DNA of 64,000 bases from an uncultured Verrucomicrobiae bacterium (GCA_963754775.1 CAVWHM010000023.1:94481-158480); one strand, 5' to 3'; numbered from the stretch's first letter, positions 19,754 to 29,578 are shown. Numbers and translations: made by a program. The notes: generated by a model from the letters alone, not told the origin.

Positions 19754-19828
19754 GGTCGCCTCGCCGAGGCGACCGGTGCAAATTTTTTCACTTCCCACCG
19801 ACGGACGCCGCGGCGCGGCGTCCCTACC
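19754..19828. repeat. two GC-rich hairpins between convergent ispE and murJ (second is a GGTAGGGACGC-family member)
   Basis: GGTCGCCTCgccGAGGCGACC at 19754-19773. GGACGCCGCGgcgCGGCGTCCctacc at 19803-19828. Confidence 0.6.
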
Positions 19829-21404
19829 TTGACTTTCTAAATCGCGCGCGCGCAAACTCCACCATCTCTTTTGCCGCCGGAATCTTGAACGCCAGCGCGG
19901 CCAGCCAGTACACCAGACCCGCAATTCCCGCCGGCACGAACACTGCCCCGATTTTCAATGCCACATTGCCGTGGCCCAGTGAGTTTTCCCACAACCGCCA
20001 GCTTTCATACGCGATGAGCCCGGCAATGATCGTCAGGGGCAGCAGCCACAAAAGATTCTGGCGTGGCAATTCCAGTTCGAGCTTGCCGAGCTTCTTCCGC
20101 AAGGCGAACAGCAGCAGTCCCACGTTGAAACACGAGGTCGCGGTGTTGGCGATACCGGGGCCGCCTTCGCGCAACGGGCCAAGCAGTACCGTGGCGGCGG
20201 CAAGATTGACGGCGAGGCAGACCAGGCTGATTTTCATCGGCGTCTTCGTATCACCGAGCGCATAAAAGGCGCGCGCCAGAATGTTCACGGTCGAAAACAT
20301 CACGAGTCCCGGCGCGAGACAAGTGAGCGCGTAGGCGACGCGGAGGGTGGATGCGCTGGTGAACCTGCCGTGTTCAAACAGCAGCCGCACGATCGGCTCG
20401 GCCAGCGTCACGAGCAACGCCGAGGCGATGAGATTCAAAAAAAACAGCGTGGACAGGCCGTGCCGCAGGGTGGCACGAAACTCGGGATAATTCCCGTCCG
20501 TCGCCAGTCCGGCGAGCGTCGGCAGCAGATAGGTCGCCAGCGAAATGCCGAAAATTCCCTGCGGGAGCTCCATGAGGCGCACCGCGCCGTTAAACGAAGA
20601 AACGATGCCGGTGCCCATGAAAAACGCGATCAATTGCACGAGCGCGACGTTGATTTGGAATGCTGCCACGCCGATCGTTCCGGGAATCATCTGGCGCACG
20701 ACGCGTTGAACGGTGGCATCGCGCCAGGGCGAAACCCAGCGGTAGCGGAAACCGTCGCGCCAGAGCGTGGGCAGTTGAAAGGCCGCCTGCGCCACGCCCG
20801 CCGCCAGCACGCCATACGCGAGCGCGAAAATTTGCACCGGCAATTTTTGTTCCTTCGGAAGCCCCACGCCGAATTTCGGCGCGAGCAGATAAACAGACGC
20901 AATCATCACGACATTGAGCATGGTGGCGCCCATGGCCGGGATGAAAAAATGGCCGCGCGCGTTGAGCATCCCCATCATCGCCGCCGCCAGACAGACGAGC
21001 AGCATGTAGGGGAACATCACGCGCAGCAGCCGCAGCATCAGCTCCCAGCGGGCGTCAAATTGATGCACAGCCAGGGCGATGGATATGCCGGTCATGACCA
21101 GCGCGATGACGACGCTCGCGGAAACAATGAGGCCGGAGATGACGGCATTGGCCGCGCGCCACATTTCCTTTTCGCCGTGGATTTTTTCCTTTTCCTTGAA
21201 AACCGGGATGAAGGCCGCCGTCAGCGCGCCTTCGCCGAGCAGACGGCGAAAAAGATTGGGGATCGTGAACGCATACTGAAACGCGTCGTTGACCCAGCCG
21301 ACGTTCATGAACGCCATGTAGGCCATCTCGCGCACCATGCCGAGCAGGCGGCTGACGAGAGTGGCGGCGGCCATGGCACCGGACGACTTGAGCATCTGCG
21401 ACAT
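19824..21404 (-). CDS. murJ: lipid II flippase MurJ/MviN
   Basis: SRLLGMVREMAYMAFMNVGWVNDAFQYAFTIPNLFRRLLGEGALTAAFIPVF plus 14 TM-like segments. I place the start at MSQML (21404), because the first 9 ORF codons are heptamer-repeat sequence. Confidence 0.85.
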   Translation of the reverse strand: MSQMLKSSGAMAAATLVSRLLGMVREMAYMAFMNVGWVNDAFQYAFTIPNLFRRLLGEGALTAAFIPVFKEKEKIHGEKEMWRAANAVISGLIVSASVVIALVMTGISIALAVHQFDARWELMLRLLRVMFPYMLLVCLAAAMMGMLNARGHFFIPAMGATMLNVVMIASVYLLAPKFGVGLPKEQKLPVQIFALAYGVLAAGVAQAAFQLPTLWRDGFRYRWVSPWRDATVQRVVRQMIPGTIGVAAFQINVALVQLIAFFMGTGIVSSFNGAVRLMELPQGIFGISLATYLLPTLAGLATDGNYPEFRATLRHGLSTLFFLNLIASALLVTLAEPIVRLLFEHGRFTSASTLRVAYALTCLAPGLVMFSTVNILARAFYALGDTKTPMKISLVCLAVNLAAATVLLGPLREGGPGIANTATSCFNVGLLLFALRKKLGKLELELPRQNLLWLLPLTIIAGLIAYESWRLWENSLGHGNVALKIGAVFVPAGIAGLVYWLAALAFKIPAAKEMVEFARARFRKSR

Positions 21405-21416
21405 CGCGCCAAGCTT

Positions 21417-21450
21417 AAGTTCAAAGTTCAAAGTTCAAAGTTCAAAGTTT
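21417..21450. repeat. tandem heptamer (AAGTTCA) x4.5 just upstream of murJ
   Basis: aagttca repeated at 21417, 21424, 21431 and 21438, with a partial copy at 21445. Confidence 0.8.
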
Positions 21451-21574
21451 TCCTATCGTGCCTCGTCGTCGTCCTGCATCCTCGTCATTTCGAATCGAGA
21501 AGGACCGAGGACGAGGAGGATTCAAACTCCAATTGGCAGTTGGCAATCGGAATCTGGCGATTTAATCTGCTCGC

Positions 21575-22972
21575 GTGAGCATTTATGAAGAACTGCAATG
21601 GCGTGACTTAATTGCCGATTGCACCAGTTCTAGAACGTAGACATTTTAGTCGAAAGTGGAAAAGTTTCGGACAAGGCTCGCCGGGCTTTGGCACCGAAAA
21701 GGAATCACGCTTTACTGCGGGTTCGACCCCACCGCCGACAGCCTGCACGTCGGCAACCTTGTGCCGCTGCTGGCACTGCGACGGTTTCAATTGCTCGGCC
21801 ATCATCCCATCGCCGTGGCCGGCGGTGCGACCGGCATGGTGGGTGATCCCAGCGGCAAGACACAGGAGCGCCAGTTGCTGACCAAGGAAATACTGGATCA
21901 CAACATCGCCAGCGTGAAAGTCCAGCTGGCGAAGCTGCTCGATTTTGAGACGAAACAAAATCCGGCGCGGCTGGTGGACAACGCCTCGTGGACGGCCAAC
22001 GTTTCGTTCCTCGATTTTCTGCGGGACATCGGCAAGCATTTTTCCGTCAACCAGATGGTCGCCAAGGAAAGTGTCCGCGCACGGATGGAGGACCGCGAGG
22101 TGGGCATCAGCTACACCGAATTCAGCTACATGCTGCTCCAGGCATTCGATTTCATGGTGTTGTGCCGCGACCACAACTGCGAATTGCAGATCGGTGGCAG
22201 CGACCAGTGGGGCAATATCACCGCCGGAATTGACCTCATCCGGAAAAAATTGGGCAAGACAGCCTACGGCCTGACGCTCCCGCTTATCACCAACGCCGAC
22301 GGCACAAAATTCGGCAAGACCGAAGCCGGCGCCATCTGGCTCGATCCGAAGAAAACCAGCGTTTACAAATTTTACCAGTTCTGGATCAACACCGATGACC
22401 GCGATGTCATCCGTTACCTGAAATATTTCACGTTTTTGTCGCAAGAAGAAATCGAGTCGCTGGAAAAGCAGCACGCGGAAAATCCCGGGGCGCGGGAGGC
22501 GCACAAGGCCTTGGCCAAAGCTGTGACGGAGGTAGTCCATGGTCCGAAAGCCACGGTTGAAGCAGTCAAGGCGAGCGAAGCGTTGTTCGGTGGGAGCTTG
22601 GACGAGATTAGTGAACAGACGTTCAACGATATGATAGGTTTCTCCGATGCTATGATGAGTTCGATGTTTGGGGAACGACCCAAGAACACGCCTTGGCTGC
22701 CGATTAGAAAATCGAGATTTCAGGGGCAAGGAACGTTATTGACCGATTTGTTAGTTATCGGTGGCTTAAGCGCGTCAAAGAGTGACGCACGCAGAAAAAT
22801 TCAAGAGGGTGCCATTTACGTCAACAATTTCCGAGAAACCAATTTGCAACGTTCGATAACGTTGAACGAGCTAAAGTTCGGTAAAAACCTTCTTCTTCGG
22901 AAGGGTAAAAAGAACTATATCTGCCTCGTTGCTATTGAAGACATTAAATTCGTTCGAGACGATCAAGGATAG
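21575..22972 (+). CDS. tyrS: tyrosyl-tRNA synthetase; N-terminal 30 codons broken by about 2 frameshifts; last roughly 115 codons low-GC and apparently foreign
   Basis: GTG 21575 gives VSIYEELQWRDLIADCT. ORF 21656.. has ITLYCGFDPTADSLHVGNL (HIGH), GGATGMVGDPSG and KFGKTEAGAIWL (KMSKS-like). The S4 tail ...ARRKIQEGAIYVNN...LLLRKGKKNY has visibly lower GC from about 22615. Confidence 0.85.
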
Positions 22973-25290
22973 CAAAGGCAAAAAAAATTACATTGTCTTG
23001 ACGGCGAGGTAGCAGCCGACGTGAGTCGGCTCTGACTTTTCTGGCTGAAATAATGAGCGGACTCACGTCCGCTGCTACAAATTTGGACTGCGCGGACATA
23101 TCATCGCACACCAAATCAATAAACCAAAACCAGCACCGCCGCGTCTTGGGCAGATTTGACCACCTCCTCAAACTTCCGGTCAGCCGTCCCCGGCGCTTTG
23201 ATCTTGTTTGCCACATCCGGCACAGATTCAAGAAAGCCCAAAAGAAAACTGCTTTTGACGGCGTAGTTCACGTTTTCCGGCAACGCGCCACTCTCGGCCA
23301 GTGCCGCCCGCGCGCTCAACTTGGCCGACACGATGCCCACCACGTTGCCATGCTCATCCACCAGCGCGCCGCCCGAATTTCCCGGTTGCACAGGCACGCT
23401 GATTTGAAAATAGCGCGGGTCGTCCGACGCGCCGGACAGTGACGCGATTTCCCCTTTGGCCAACTTGGGCGCGAACCCTTGCAACCCGATGTCGGGAAAA
23501 CCGACCGTGGCCACTGTGCCGCCCAGCTTCACCGTGCGACTTGCTGCAATCGGCAACGGAGAAAATTTCCCTTCCGCTTTGAGCAACGCGATGTCATTGG
23601 CCGCGTCCACGCTTACCACTTTGGCGGCGATCATTCCTGCGCTAGTGACCAAACGAATCTGCACGGCATCTTTAACAACATGGTTGTTCGTAATCAAATA
23701 ACCATCGTCCGTGATGAAAAATCCCGTGCCGGTGGCCGATGGCTGGGAATTCGCAATGTTGTTGCCAGAAACAGATGAACCCGATTCCGGCGTTTTGCGT
23801 GGTTTAAACTCACGCGCCAATTGCTGCGCTTCAGCAATTTGATCTCGTGTCATAAATAAATTTTCCGCGTCGTTAAGTAACCTTTTTGCATTTTCATTAC
23901 CTTGCGCTGCGGAAAGGTTTAACCATTTGCACGCTTCAACATAGTCCTTAACCACTCCGTCGCCTTTCAAATAGCGCGCTCCAAGAACCATTTGAGCGTT
24001 TGCGTTTCCTTGTTCTGCGGCCTTACGAAACCATTTCAGGGCTTCGATATCATCTTTAGTCACGCCATCGCCTCTGGTATAACAAACTCCAAGGTCGTTT
24101 TGGGCTGAAGCATCGCCTTGTTCCGCAGCTTTGCGCCACCATATTGCGGCTTCCACATAATCCTTTTCACGCTGTCGCCGTCGGCATAGCAGAAGCCTAG
24201 AATGTATTGCGCTTTGGTATAATTCTGATCGGCGGCTTTGCGATACCACTTCACGGCTTCCGTATAATTTGTCTCTACGCCTTCACCCTTGTAATAACAT
24301 ACACCAAGAGCTTATTCAGCTTTGGCGTTTCCCTGTTCAGCAGCCTTGCGAAACCATTTGGCGGCTTCAGAATAATCTTGATCACGCCCATTCCACGATA
24401 AAAAAGTGTGCCGAGGAATATTACGCTATTACATCGCCATTTACTGGTTAGAGGCATTGCAAGCTGCAAAATGTTCGCGATCCTGTTCTTTTTGGTGGGA
24501 AGACAATAGAACCGCGCATGCAATAAGCACGGAAGTGTCCAAGTTAACGAATTCGCTTTCATATTCACAAATTAGTAGGCTTCAAACAGCCTATGTTGCT
24601 CGGGTTTGTTGGTGTGGAAAACAAAGAATCCAAAACATCCATATAAAATCAACATCCAAACGCCCTCATCGCCGGTTTCATCAACGTGACGCCAACATTC
24701 AAATACACATTGCCCACGCTTCAAATACGGTTCCCGCATTATCTTCGTCGTAATTCTCAGTGGCTCAACAGAAGACTGCTGCCGAACGTAAACGGCTTCA
24801 AAAGTTGATTGTAGAAATCAAAGTCAGGATGCAGCGTAAATAGCAGACCTTTTGTAATTCTAATCATCCCATCTTTGAATTCCTGATCGTCAATCCCTGC
24901 TCGGATTAGTTCTGGTCGTTCCGACACAGCCTGCATTGTAACCGCCAGCTTCTCCACAAACTGCATTTGGCGCTCTCTTGCGAAAGTGCTACCGATGACC
25001 TTCTCGTCCAAAATTCTTTGCCCAACTTCATTTCGGTCAAACGGCATTGAAGCAACAATTCTAAGCCGCTCATCAAATCCAGAGTGTTTATTATTACACT
25101 CAAAACAACAAGGCACCTTAATCAAATCGTCTGGTCTTGGTTTTGGGAAAAGGCCCATTGGCGGTATGTGGTCTAGAGTAAGTTCATCAGATGGGTGTTT
25201 CTCGCCTGGTTTGAGATCGTATTCTCTCACCGGGACACCACACAAATAACAGTTTTGTTTCGGATTATTCAATATCTTACCGCGAGAATA
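22615..25290. mobile_element. low-GC insertion inside the 3' end of tyrS (substitute tyrS tail, Sel1-protease gene, HNH gene); boundaries approximate
   Basis: An abrupt GC drop at about 22615 returns to high GC at about 25290, where the displaced native tyrS tail begins. No integrase was found inside it. Confidence 0.5.
23116..24568 (-). pseudogene. secreted Sel1-repeat protein fused to a trypsin-like (S1/DegP-type) serine protease domain; 2 frameshifts plus an in-frame TAA
   Basis: About 5 Sel1 units (AAKWFRKAAEQGNAKAE, AVKWYRKAADQNYTKAQ, AAIWWRKAAEQGDASAQ, ALKWFRKAAEQGNANAQ...). The protease domain follows: GTGFFITDDGYLITNNHVV...NDIALLK...GNSGGALV. TAA at 24312-24314. Frame breaks near 24385 and 24170. 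Confidence 0.7.
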
Positions 25291-25302
25291 GTTGTTTCCC
25301 AC
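24757..25302 (-). CDS. HNH-family endonuclease-like protein
   Basis: CYLCGVP...LTLDHIPP...VPCCFECNNKHSG (CxxC ... DH ... CxxCN). The start is uncertain (GTG 25302 or ATG 25323). The ORF-track N-terminal extension is antisense to the tyrS remnant. Confidence 0.6.
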   Translation of the reverse strand: MGNNYSRGKILNNPKQNCYLCGVPVREYDLKPGEKHPSDELTLDHIPPMGLFPKPRPDDLIKVPCCFECNNKHSGFDERLRIVASMPFDRNEVGQRILDEKVIGSTFARERQMQFVEKLAVTMQAVSERPELIRAGIDDQEFKDGMIRITKGLLFTLHPDFDFYNQLLKPFTFGSSLLLSH

Positions 25303-25495
25303 CGACCGGCAAGTCTGGCGCATCCGCCCGTCCAAAGGCCAGGCACGAAAAGACATCGAAGGCGGCGGCGTGAACATCAACAACGTCCGCGAATCAAACT
25401 TCCAACGCGCGGTGACGGCGAGCGATTTGCTTTTTGGCCAGTATCTCCTGCTCCGCAAAGGCAAAAAAAATTACGTCGTCGTCAATGCGAAGTGA
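25290..25495 (+). pseudogene. tyrS: displaced native 3' end of tyrS (S4 domain fragment)
   Basis: High-GC fragment PSKGQARKDIEGGGVNINNVRESNFQRAVTASDLLFGQYLLLRKGKKNYVVVNAK*. By hand it aligns at about 27/51 identity with the current tyrS tail SKSDARRKIQEGAIYVNNFRETNLQRSITLNELKFGKNLLLRKGKKNYICL. It has no upstream catalytic domain. Confidence 0.75.
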
Positions 25496-25592
25496 TTGGC
25501 TGGCTACAGAATTTTGCGCCCCGGCTCGCCGATACTGGCAACGGTGCAAACTGCTTCGGCTGTCCTCGCACGACACTGCGTGTGGGTGTTCC

Positions 25593-27005
25593 TCAAATGA
25601 ACTTTTCCGGGTGCATTGACCGTAATGCCTCTGTGGCTTTCTCAACGGTGTCTTTGGCTTCGCCTAGACTCATGCCCGGCTGACTGGAACGGAGTTCTTG
25701 GATGGCGTCACTCGTTTGACCTTCATAAATCAACTCAGCAACCTCCTCATCAATGCCGAGAGCTTCTTCCTCTTCCGATTCGAGATCATTATCGCCAATA
25801 TCATCAGACGTCGCGTCGGCTCTTTCGAGGTCGAGATCAATAAATTTTTCATCCAGGTCAGCCATATCATACCGTTGCGTGTCGTAATTCGGCACCAGCC
25901 GGCTCAACAAAATATCCCGGATTCTTGATTGACGTTGTTTGGCTAGTTCTGCCCCCGGTTCGACTTTAGGATTCAATGCGGAACGCCATTGTTCGTCTGA
26001 TGGACGAGCCGACGGAGGCAAAAAGGCTCGTTCAATTGTTACACATTCCATCCGCAGAAACATCAGCATATTGAACATGTTTAATTCAAGAAATTTCCCC
26101 CCGTTCTCAGACGCTAGATAGGAATCAACCAAACGGGTTTTAATTTTCTTCCAATCCTCGGGATGTTTTTTTGACCAAATCTCAAAGGCTTCCGTTTCTC
26201 GATCCATTTCAGATTTCAAAACCGAAAGTTTGGCGGAAAGATCGGAAATTTTCGTCGACCGAGCGGCATCTGACATTTTTTTCGATTTTGTGAAGAAGAA
26301 TGCGGATACGACCAGACTCCCCAATAAAACCATTGCTTTTATGAAATTCTTGATTAGTTTCGCTTCGGCATCTGCTTTGGCCTGCTTCTCGGCTTGAGCT
26401 TCCTTAGCTTGAGCTTCCTTAGCTTGAGCTTCCCTAGCTTGAGCTTCGGCCTTTGCTTGAGCCTCGGCCTTTGCTTGGGCTTCGGCCTTTGCTTGGGCTT
26501 CGGCCTTTGCTTGGGCTTCGGCCTTTGCTTTTGCTTGAGCATCCATTTTTGCCTGAAAATCAGCTTTTGCCTTCAAGATTTGTTCAGTTGGCCGTTCATT
26601 TGCGAGCCGGGTTGCATAGTCCATCGCGTTAGTATCACCTTGCAAAGCCGCCTGCACATACCACTTATAGGCTTCCAAATCATCTCTTACTACGCCATAG
26701 CCACGTTCATAGCAGAACCCCATATAAAATTGTGCTCCTAAATAATTCTGTTCAGCAGCCATGCGAAACCACTTTACCGCTTCCACCTCGTCATTCACCA
26801 CGCCTTTGCCAAAAAGGTAGCAGAGACCTAGATTGTATTGAGCCTCTGCAGAATTGTTTGTGTTGGCCATGTTATACCAATGTACATACTGGGATCTGTC
26901 ATCGGCCTGAGCGTGAGGCTCTTCAGTTTGAGCCTGAGCGGTTATGCCAACACAAAGAATCGCCCGGAAGACTAGAATTCCAAATAATGCTCTTGTTACT
27001 TTCAT
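25593..27005 (-). CDS. secreted/membrane Sel1-repeat protein with (KAEAQA)n coiled-coil repeat, one TM segment, and an acidic C-terminal region ending in an L7/L12-C-like helix motif
   Basis: 470-aa intact ORF, low GC. Signal peptide, then 2-3 Sel1 units (AVKWFRMAAEQNYLGAQ, AYKWYVQAALQGDTNA), then the tandem KAEAQA block, then TM LGSLVVSAFFF. C-terminus: ...IYEGQTSDAIQELRSSQPGMSLGEAKDTVEKA. Confidence 0.55.
   Translation of the reverse strand: MKVTRALFGILVFRAILCVGITAQAQTEEPHAQADDRSQYVHWYNMANTNNSAEAQYNLGLCYLFGKGVVNDEVEAVKWFRMAAEQNYLGAQFYMGFCYERGYGVVRDDLEAYKWYVQAALQGDTNAMDYATRLANERPTEQILKAKADFQAKMDAQAKAKAEAQAKAEAQAKAEAQAKAEAQAKAEAQAREAQAKEAQAKEAQAEKQAKADAEAKLIKNFIKAMVLLGSLVVSAFFFTKSKKMSDAARSTKISDLSAKLSVLKSEMDRETEAFEIWSKKHPEDWKKIKTRLVDSYLASENGGKFLELNMFNMLMFLRMECVTIERAFLPPSARPSDEQWRSALNPKVEPGAELAKQRQSRIRDILLSRLVPNYDTQRYDMADLDEKFIDLDLERADATSDDIGDNDLESEEEEALGIDEEVAELIYEGQTSDAIQELRSSQPGMSLGEAKDTVEKATEALRSMHPEKFI
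26395..26545. repeat. coding tandem repeat (18-bp units) inside 25593..27005
   Basis: gcttgagcttccttagct x3, then gcttgSgcYtcggcctttgctt x4-5. Translated on the minus strand these give AKAEAQ and EAQAK repeats. Confidence 0.85.
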
Positions 27006-27012
27006 TTATTCC

Positions 27013-27665
27013 TCAACTAAAAAATATTTTTACACAAATATAAACCCAAAAAACGAAAAGCCCAACCACAACCAACGCCAAAAACCCGTTCAGTGAGCCT
27101 TTGACTTCTTCCAACTCTTTATTGGCCTTCTTGTATTCAACAGTCGCTTCCTGCAATCTTCGCCTAGGATTCTTTCCCTCAATCATGAATCTCTTTACAT
27201 CAGGGTCAGTTGCAAAAAAATTCCCGGCGAACTCAAAGAACTTGAAAACTTTGAGAATGCTTTTGAAGCGTAAATCGTTTTTTTTGCCTGCGTATCTTTT
27301 CTCGACCAGCGGCAACAGTTGCTCGATTAAATACTGCGCCTTTTCTTCTTCCTTTAACAGCGGGAGTGTCGTTAAAACCGTCTGTCGAAAATTAGTTATC
27401 CGTTGTTCTTCGGCCATTTGCTCTTGGCGCGCCGCCATTTCGAGTTGTTGGATTTCCAACAAGCGCTGATGTCGAGCCGTGGCTTCTGCTGCGGCACTCG
27501 CTTCGCGTCGCATCTTTTCAACCGCTTCAGCCGTCTGTGCTATGTTAACCGCGCTCGCCACCGCTGCGGCTGCGGCTACTCTTTGGGCGAATAGTTGCTT
27601 CTTCTGCAGTGCCACTTCTTCTTGCCTTCGTTCTTCTTGCGCTGTTTTTCGACGTGTTCATTCAT
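27013..27665 (-). CDS. hypothetical coiled-coil protein with C-terminal TM anchor (low GC)
   Basis: ORF 27013..27615 (ALQKKQLFAQRV...EIQQLEMAARQEQMAEEQ... then the tail LALVVVGLFVFWVYICVKIFF). An ATG at 27665 directly follows the upstream TGA (ttaTGAATGaat) but needs one frameshift to join. GTG 27615 is the alternative start. Confidence 0.45.
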
Positions 27666-28140
27666 AAGCCATGATCGGGTGATTTTGTTCCTCGTGTAGC
27701 TACTCTTCCACCAGTTCGAGACTGATTGTGTTGATTCTCCAAGAGCTTCATGGTTTGCCTTTCGGTGAGCTTCTTTATGCTTCCCCGTGCTGTAAGCTTC
27801 TTGACGAGACAGAAGTCTTGGATTTTAGCCAGCACTAGGCATCGACCACCAGGGGCATCCCTTGTTTTATATTTAACTTCGCACAACCCAACATACCCCT
27901 CGTTAATTTGGTAACAAAAGACGTGGTCTCGCTTCCTACTTCATCAAATAGTGCCTTACCACGCCCCTTATTGAAACCGCGTGCATATGCGTCAAAAAGT
28001 TGAAAAGGTTCTGGCATCGAGAGAAACGTCCGGAATATTCTGCTAGAAAGTATTTCATCCTTGCCTTCCATTTTGGCATTCCAACGGATTGCCCAGTAAT
28101 TTTTTGGTTTCATTTTTTGGCGAGAGTTCTTGTTGTTCAT
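27662..28140 (-). CDS. hypothetical protein (two ORF fragments, one frameshift near 27885), first gene of a low-GC three-gene operon
   Basis: ORF 27835..28140 (MNNKNSRQKMKPKNYWAIRWNAKMEG...FVTKL) continues as INEGYVGLCEVKYKTRDAPGGRCLVLAKIQDF... in ORF 27662..27886. No family recognised. Confidence 0.4.
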
Positions 28141-28156
28141 TTAAATTCGTTGGTTT

Positions 28157-29311
28157 TTATTCCAATTCTCCGCGGGCTTTGGCTTCCTCCCGCGCGCGGC
28201 GGACGCTTTCTTCATACAAACGGTCATATTTGACTTCCTGTGGGTTGGCGTCCCCTTGCCGGGGCAGGGAGTTGATATGCGGGAACTGGCCGTCGAAGGC
28301 CGGGTCAATCGCCAGAATCCGTTTTGCCGGCGGCGGATGGGTGGACAAAAAATCGAACCACGGGTCGTAAGCGGAATTGACGAAATACAGATGACTGGCG
28401 GTTTCCGCGTAAGGCGTGTCGAGCCGGCCGCCCTTGAAAAGCCCGCCAATTTTTTTGAATGCACCGGCGATGCCCGCCGGATTGCGGGTGAACTGGACTG
28501 CCGCCGCATCGGCCAGCCATTCGCGCTCCCGGCAAATCAGGCTCTTGATCAATCGGACGGAGGGCGCGGTGATGCCCCCGACGATTAAAAATAAAACGCC
28601 AATCGGCGCGGTCGGCAGAAAAACCGGCTTGGTTCCCGGGTCAAAAATGGATTCGCCGATTTCCGGGGCGCGGGTCGTCCCATGCACCAAAATGCGACCG
28701 ACAATCGTCGGCCAGAAAAGGCCGTGCGCCAGCGCCATCAACTTCATGTTCAGCCGCGTGTCCCCGTTCACCACGTGGCTGAATTCATGCGCGATGATGC
28801 CCTGCAATTCGTCACGGTTCAGCAATTTCAGCGCGCCGAACGTGACGCCGATGGCCACGTCATCGCGCGCATTGCCCGCGGCGAAGGCGTTGATGCCGCG
28901 CTCGCAGTCGAGCACGTAAACTTCCGGCACCGGCACCCCGGATGCGACGGCCATTTCCTCGACGACATCACGCAATCGTTTTTCGTCGAGGTTGGCGGAG
29001 GTTTCTTCCAATTTTCGTCCGCCGAGCAGTTCCGCGACCGCCGGGCCGCCGCCAGAGAGCAGGTGCATTTTATAAAGACAGCCGAGCGCGGTGGAAAACA
29101 AAGTGCCGGCCGCGACCCAGAAGGCGAGACGCGGATCCCAGATAAATTGAAAAAAAGTTGTGCTGGTTGCCAGCGCCGGCGAAAAAAATCGGATGGGCAA
29201 GGCCAGAATCAGATACGTCAGGACCACAAACGCGAACACCGCCAGTCCGAACAAGTACAGGAGCAGGCGCGTTCGCCTTTTGGCGTGGGCTTCCTGGTCA
29301 AAAAAATCCAT
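28157..29311 (-). CDS. M48-family zinc metallopeptidase (HtpX-like)
   Basis: MDFFDQEAHAKRRTRLLLYLFGLAVFAFVV start (29311), HEFSHVVNGD (HExxH), TM segments. The 82 codons upstream in ORF 28157..29557 are repeat-element sequence. Confidence 0.8.
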   Translation of the reverse strand: MDFFDQEAHAKRRTRLLLYLFGLAVFAFVVLTYLILALPIRFFSPALATSTTFFQFIWDPRLAFWVAAGTLFSTALGCLYKMHLLSGGGPAVAELLGGRKLEETSANLDEKRLRDVVEEMAVASGVPVPEVYVLDCERGINAFAAGNARDDVAIGVTFGALKLLNRDELQGIIAHEFSHVVNGDTRLNMKLMALAHGLFWPTIVGRILVHGTTRAPEIGESIFDPGTKPVFLPTAPIGVLFLIVGGITAPSVRLIKSLICREREWLADAAAVQFTRNPAGIAGAFKKIGGLFKGGRLDTPYAETASHLYFVNSAYDPWFDFLSTHPPPAKRILAIDPAFDGQFPHINSLPRQGDANPQEVKYDRLYEESVRRAREEAKARGELE

Positions 29312-29458
29312 GGGTTGCTCCCCGCTTGTAGCAAAAGGCGCTGCCGGGGAAAACACTTTTTGTTCCACGAACGCAAAATCGCGCCGGCGTGACGGTAAAA
29401 CAGGCCTGCCTGAAACTGCTTTGCGAAGGCATAGCACGGCCAAGCCACAACCAAATCT

Positions 29459-29559
29459 TTTTGGACTGCGGCGGGAAGCGAAGCGCCACGCCGCTTTGGA
29501 AGTTCTGTCCGCAGTCGAAAAGCGGTGTCGCCGCTGTGCTCTGCCACCGCAGTCCAAAA
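29459..29559. repeat. 101-bp MITE/REP-like element with 13-bp perfect terminal inverted repeats
   Basis: ttttggactgcgg (29459-29471) is the reverse complement of ccgcagtccaaaa (29547-29559). The interior has further short GC palindromes (gcggtgtcgccgc). Confidence 0.7.
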
Positions 29560-29578
29560 TCTTCGCAACCAGGCGGCG

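Noticed and set aside
21450-21660. T-box or other leader RNA upstream of tyrS
   Set aside because: I found only a short hairpin (tcctcgtc...gacgagga). There is no specifier-loop or T-box consensus (AGAGA...GGUGGUACCGCG-like). The tyrS coding sequence itself appears to begin at 21575, leaving little leader.
26395-26545. Regularly spaced short repeats that could be mistaken for a CRISPR array
   Set aside because: The units are contiguous 18-bp tandem repeats with no unique spacers. They lie inside an open 470-aa ORF and translate to a KAEAQA coiled-coil. No cas genes are nearby.
29312-29557. 82-codon N-terminal extension of the M48 peptidase ORF
   Set aside because: It is encoded by the 101-bp inverted-repeat element and GC-rich spacer. 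The family-typical N-terminus (MDFFDQE... followed by TM1) starts at 29311.
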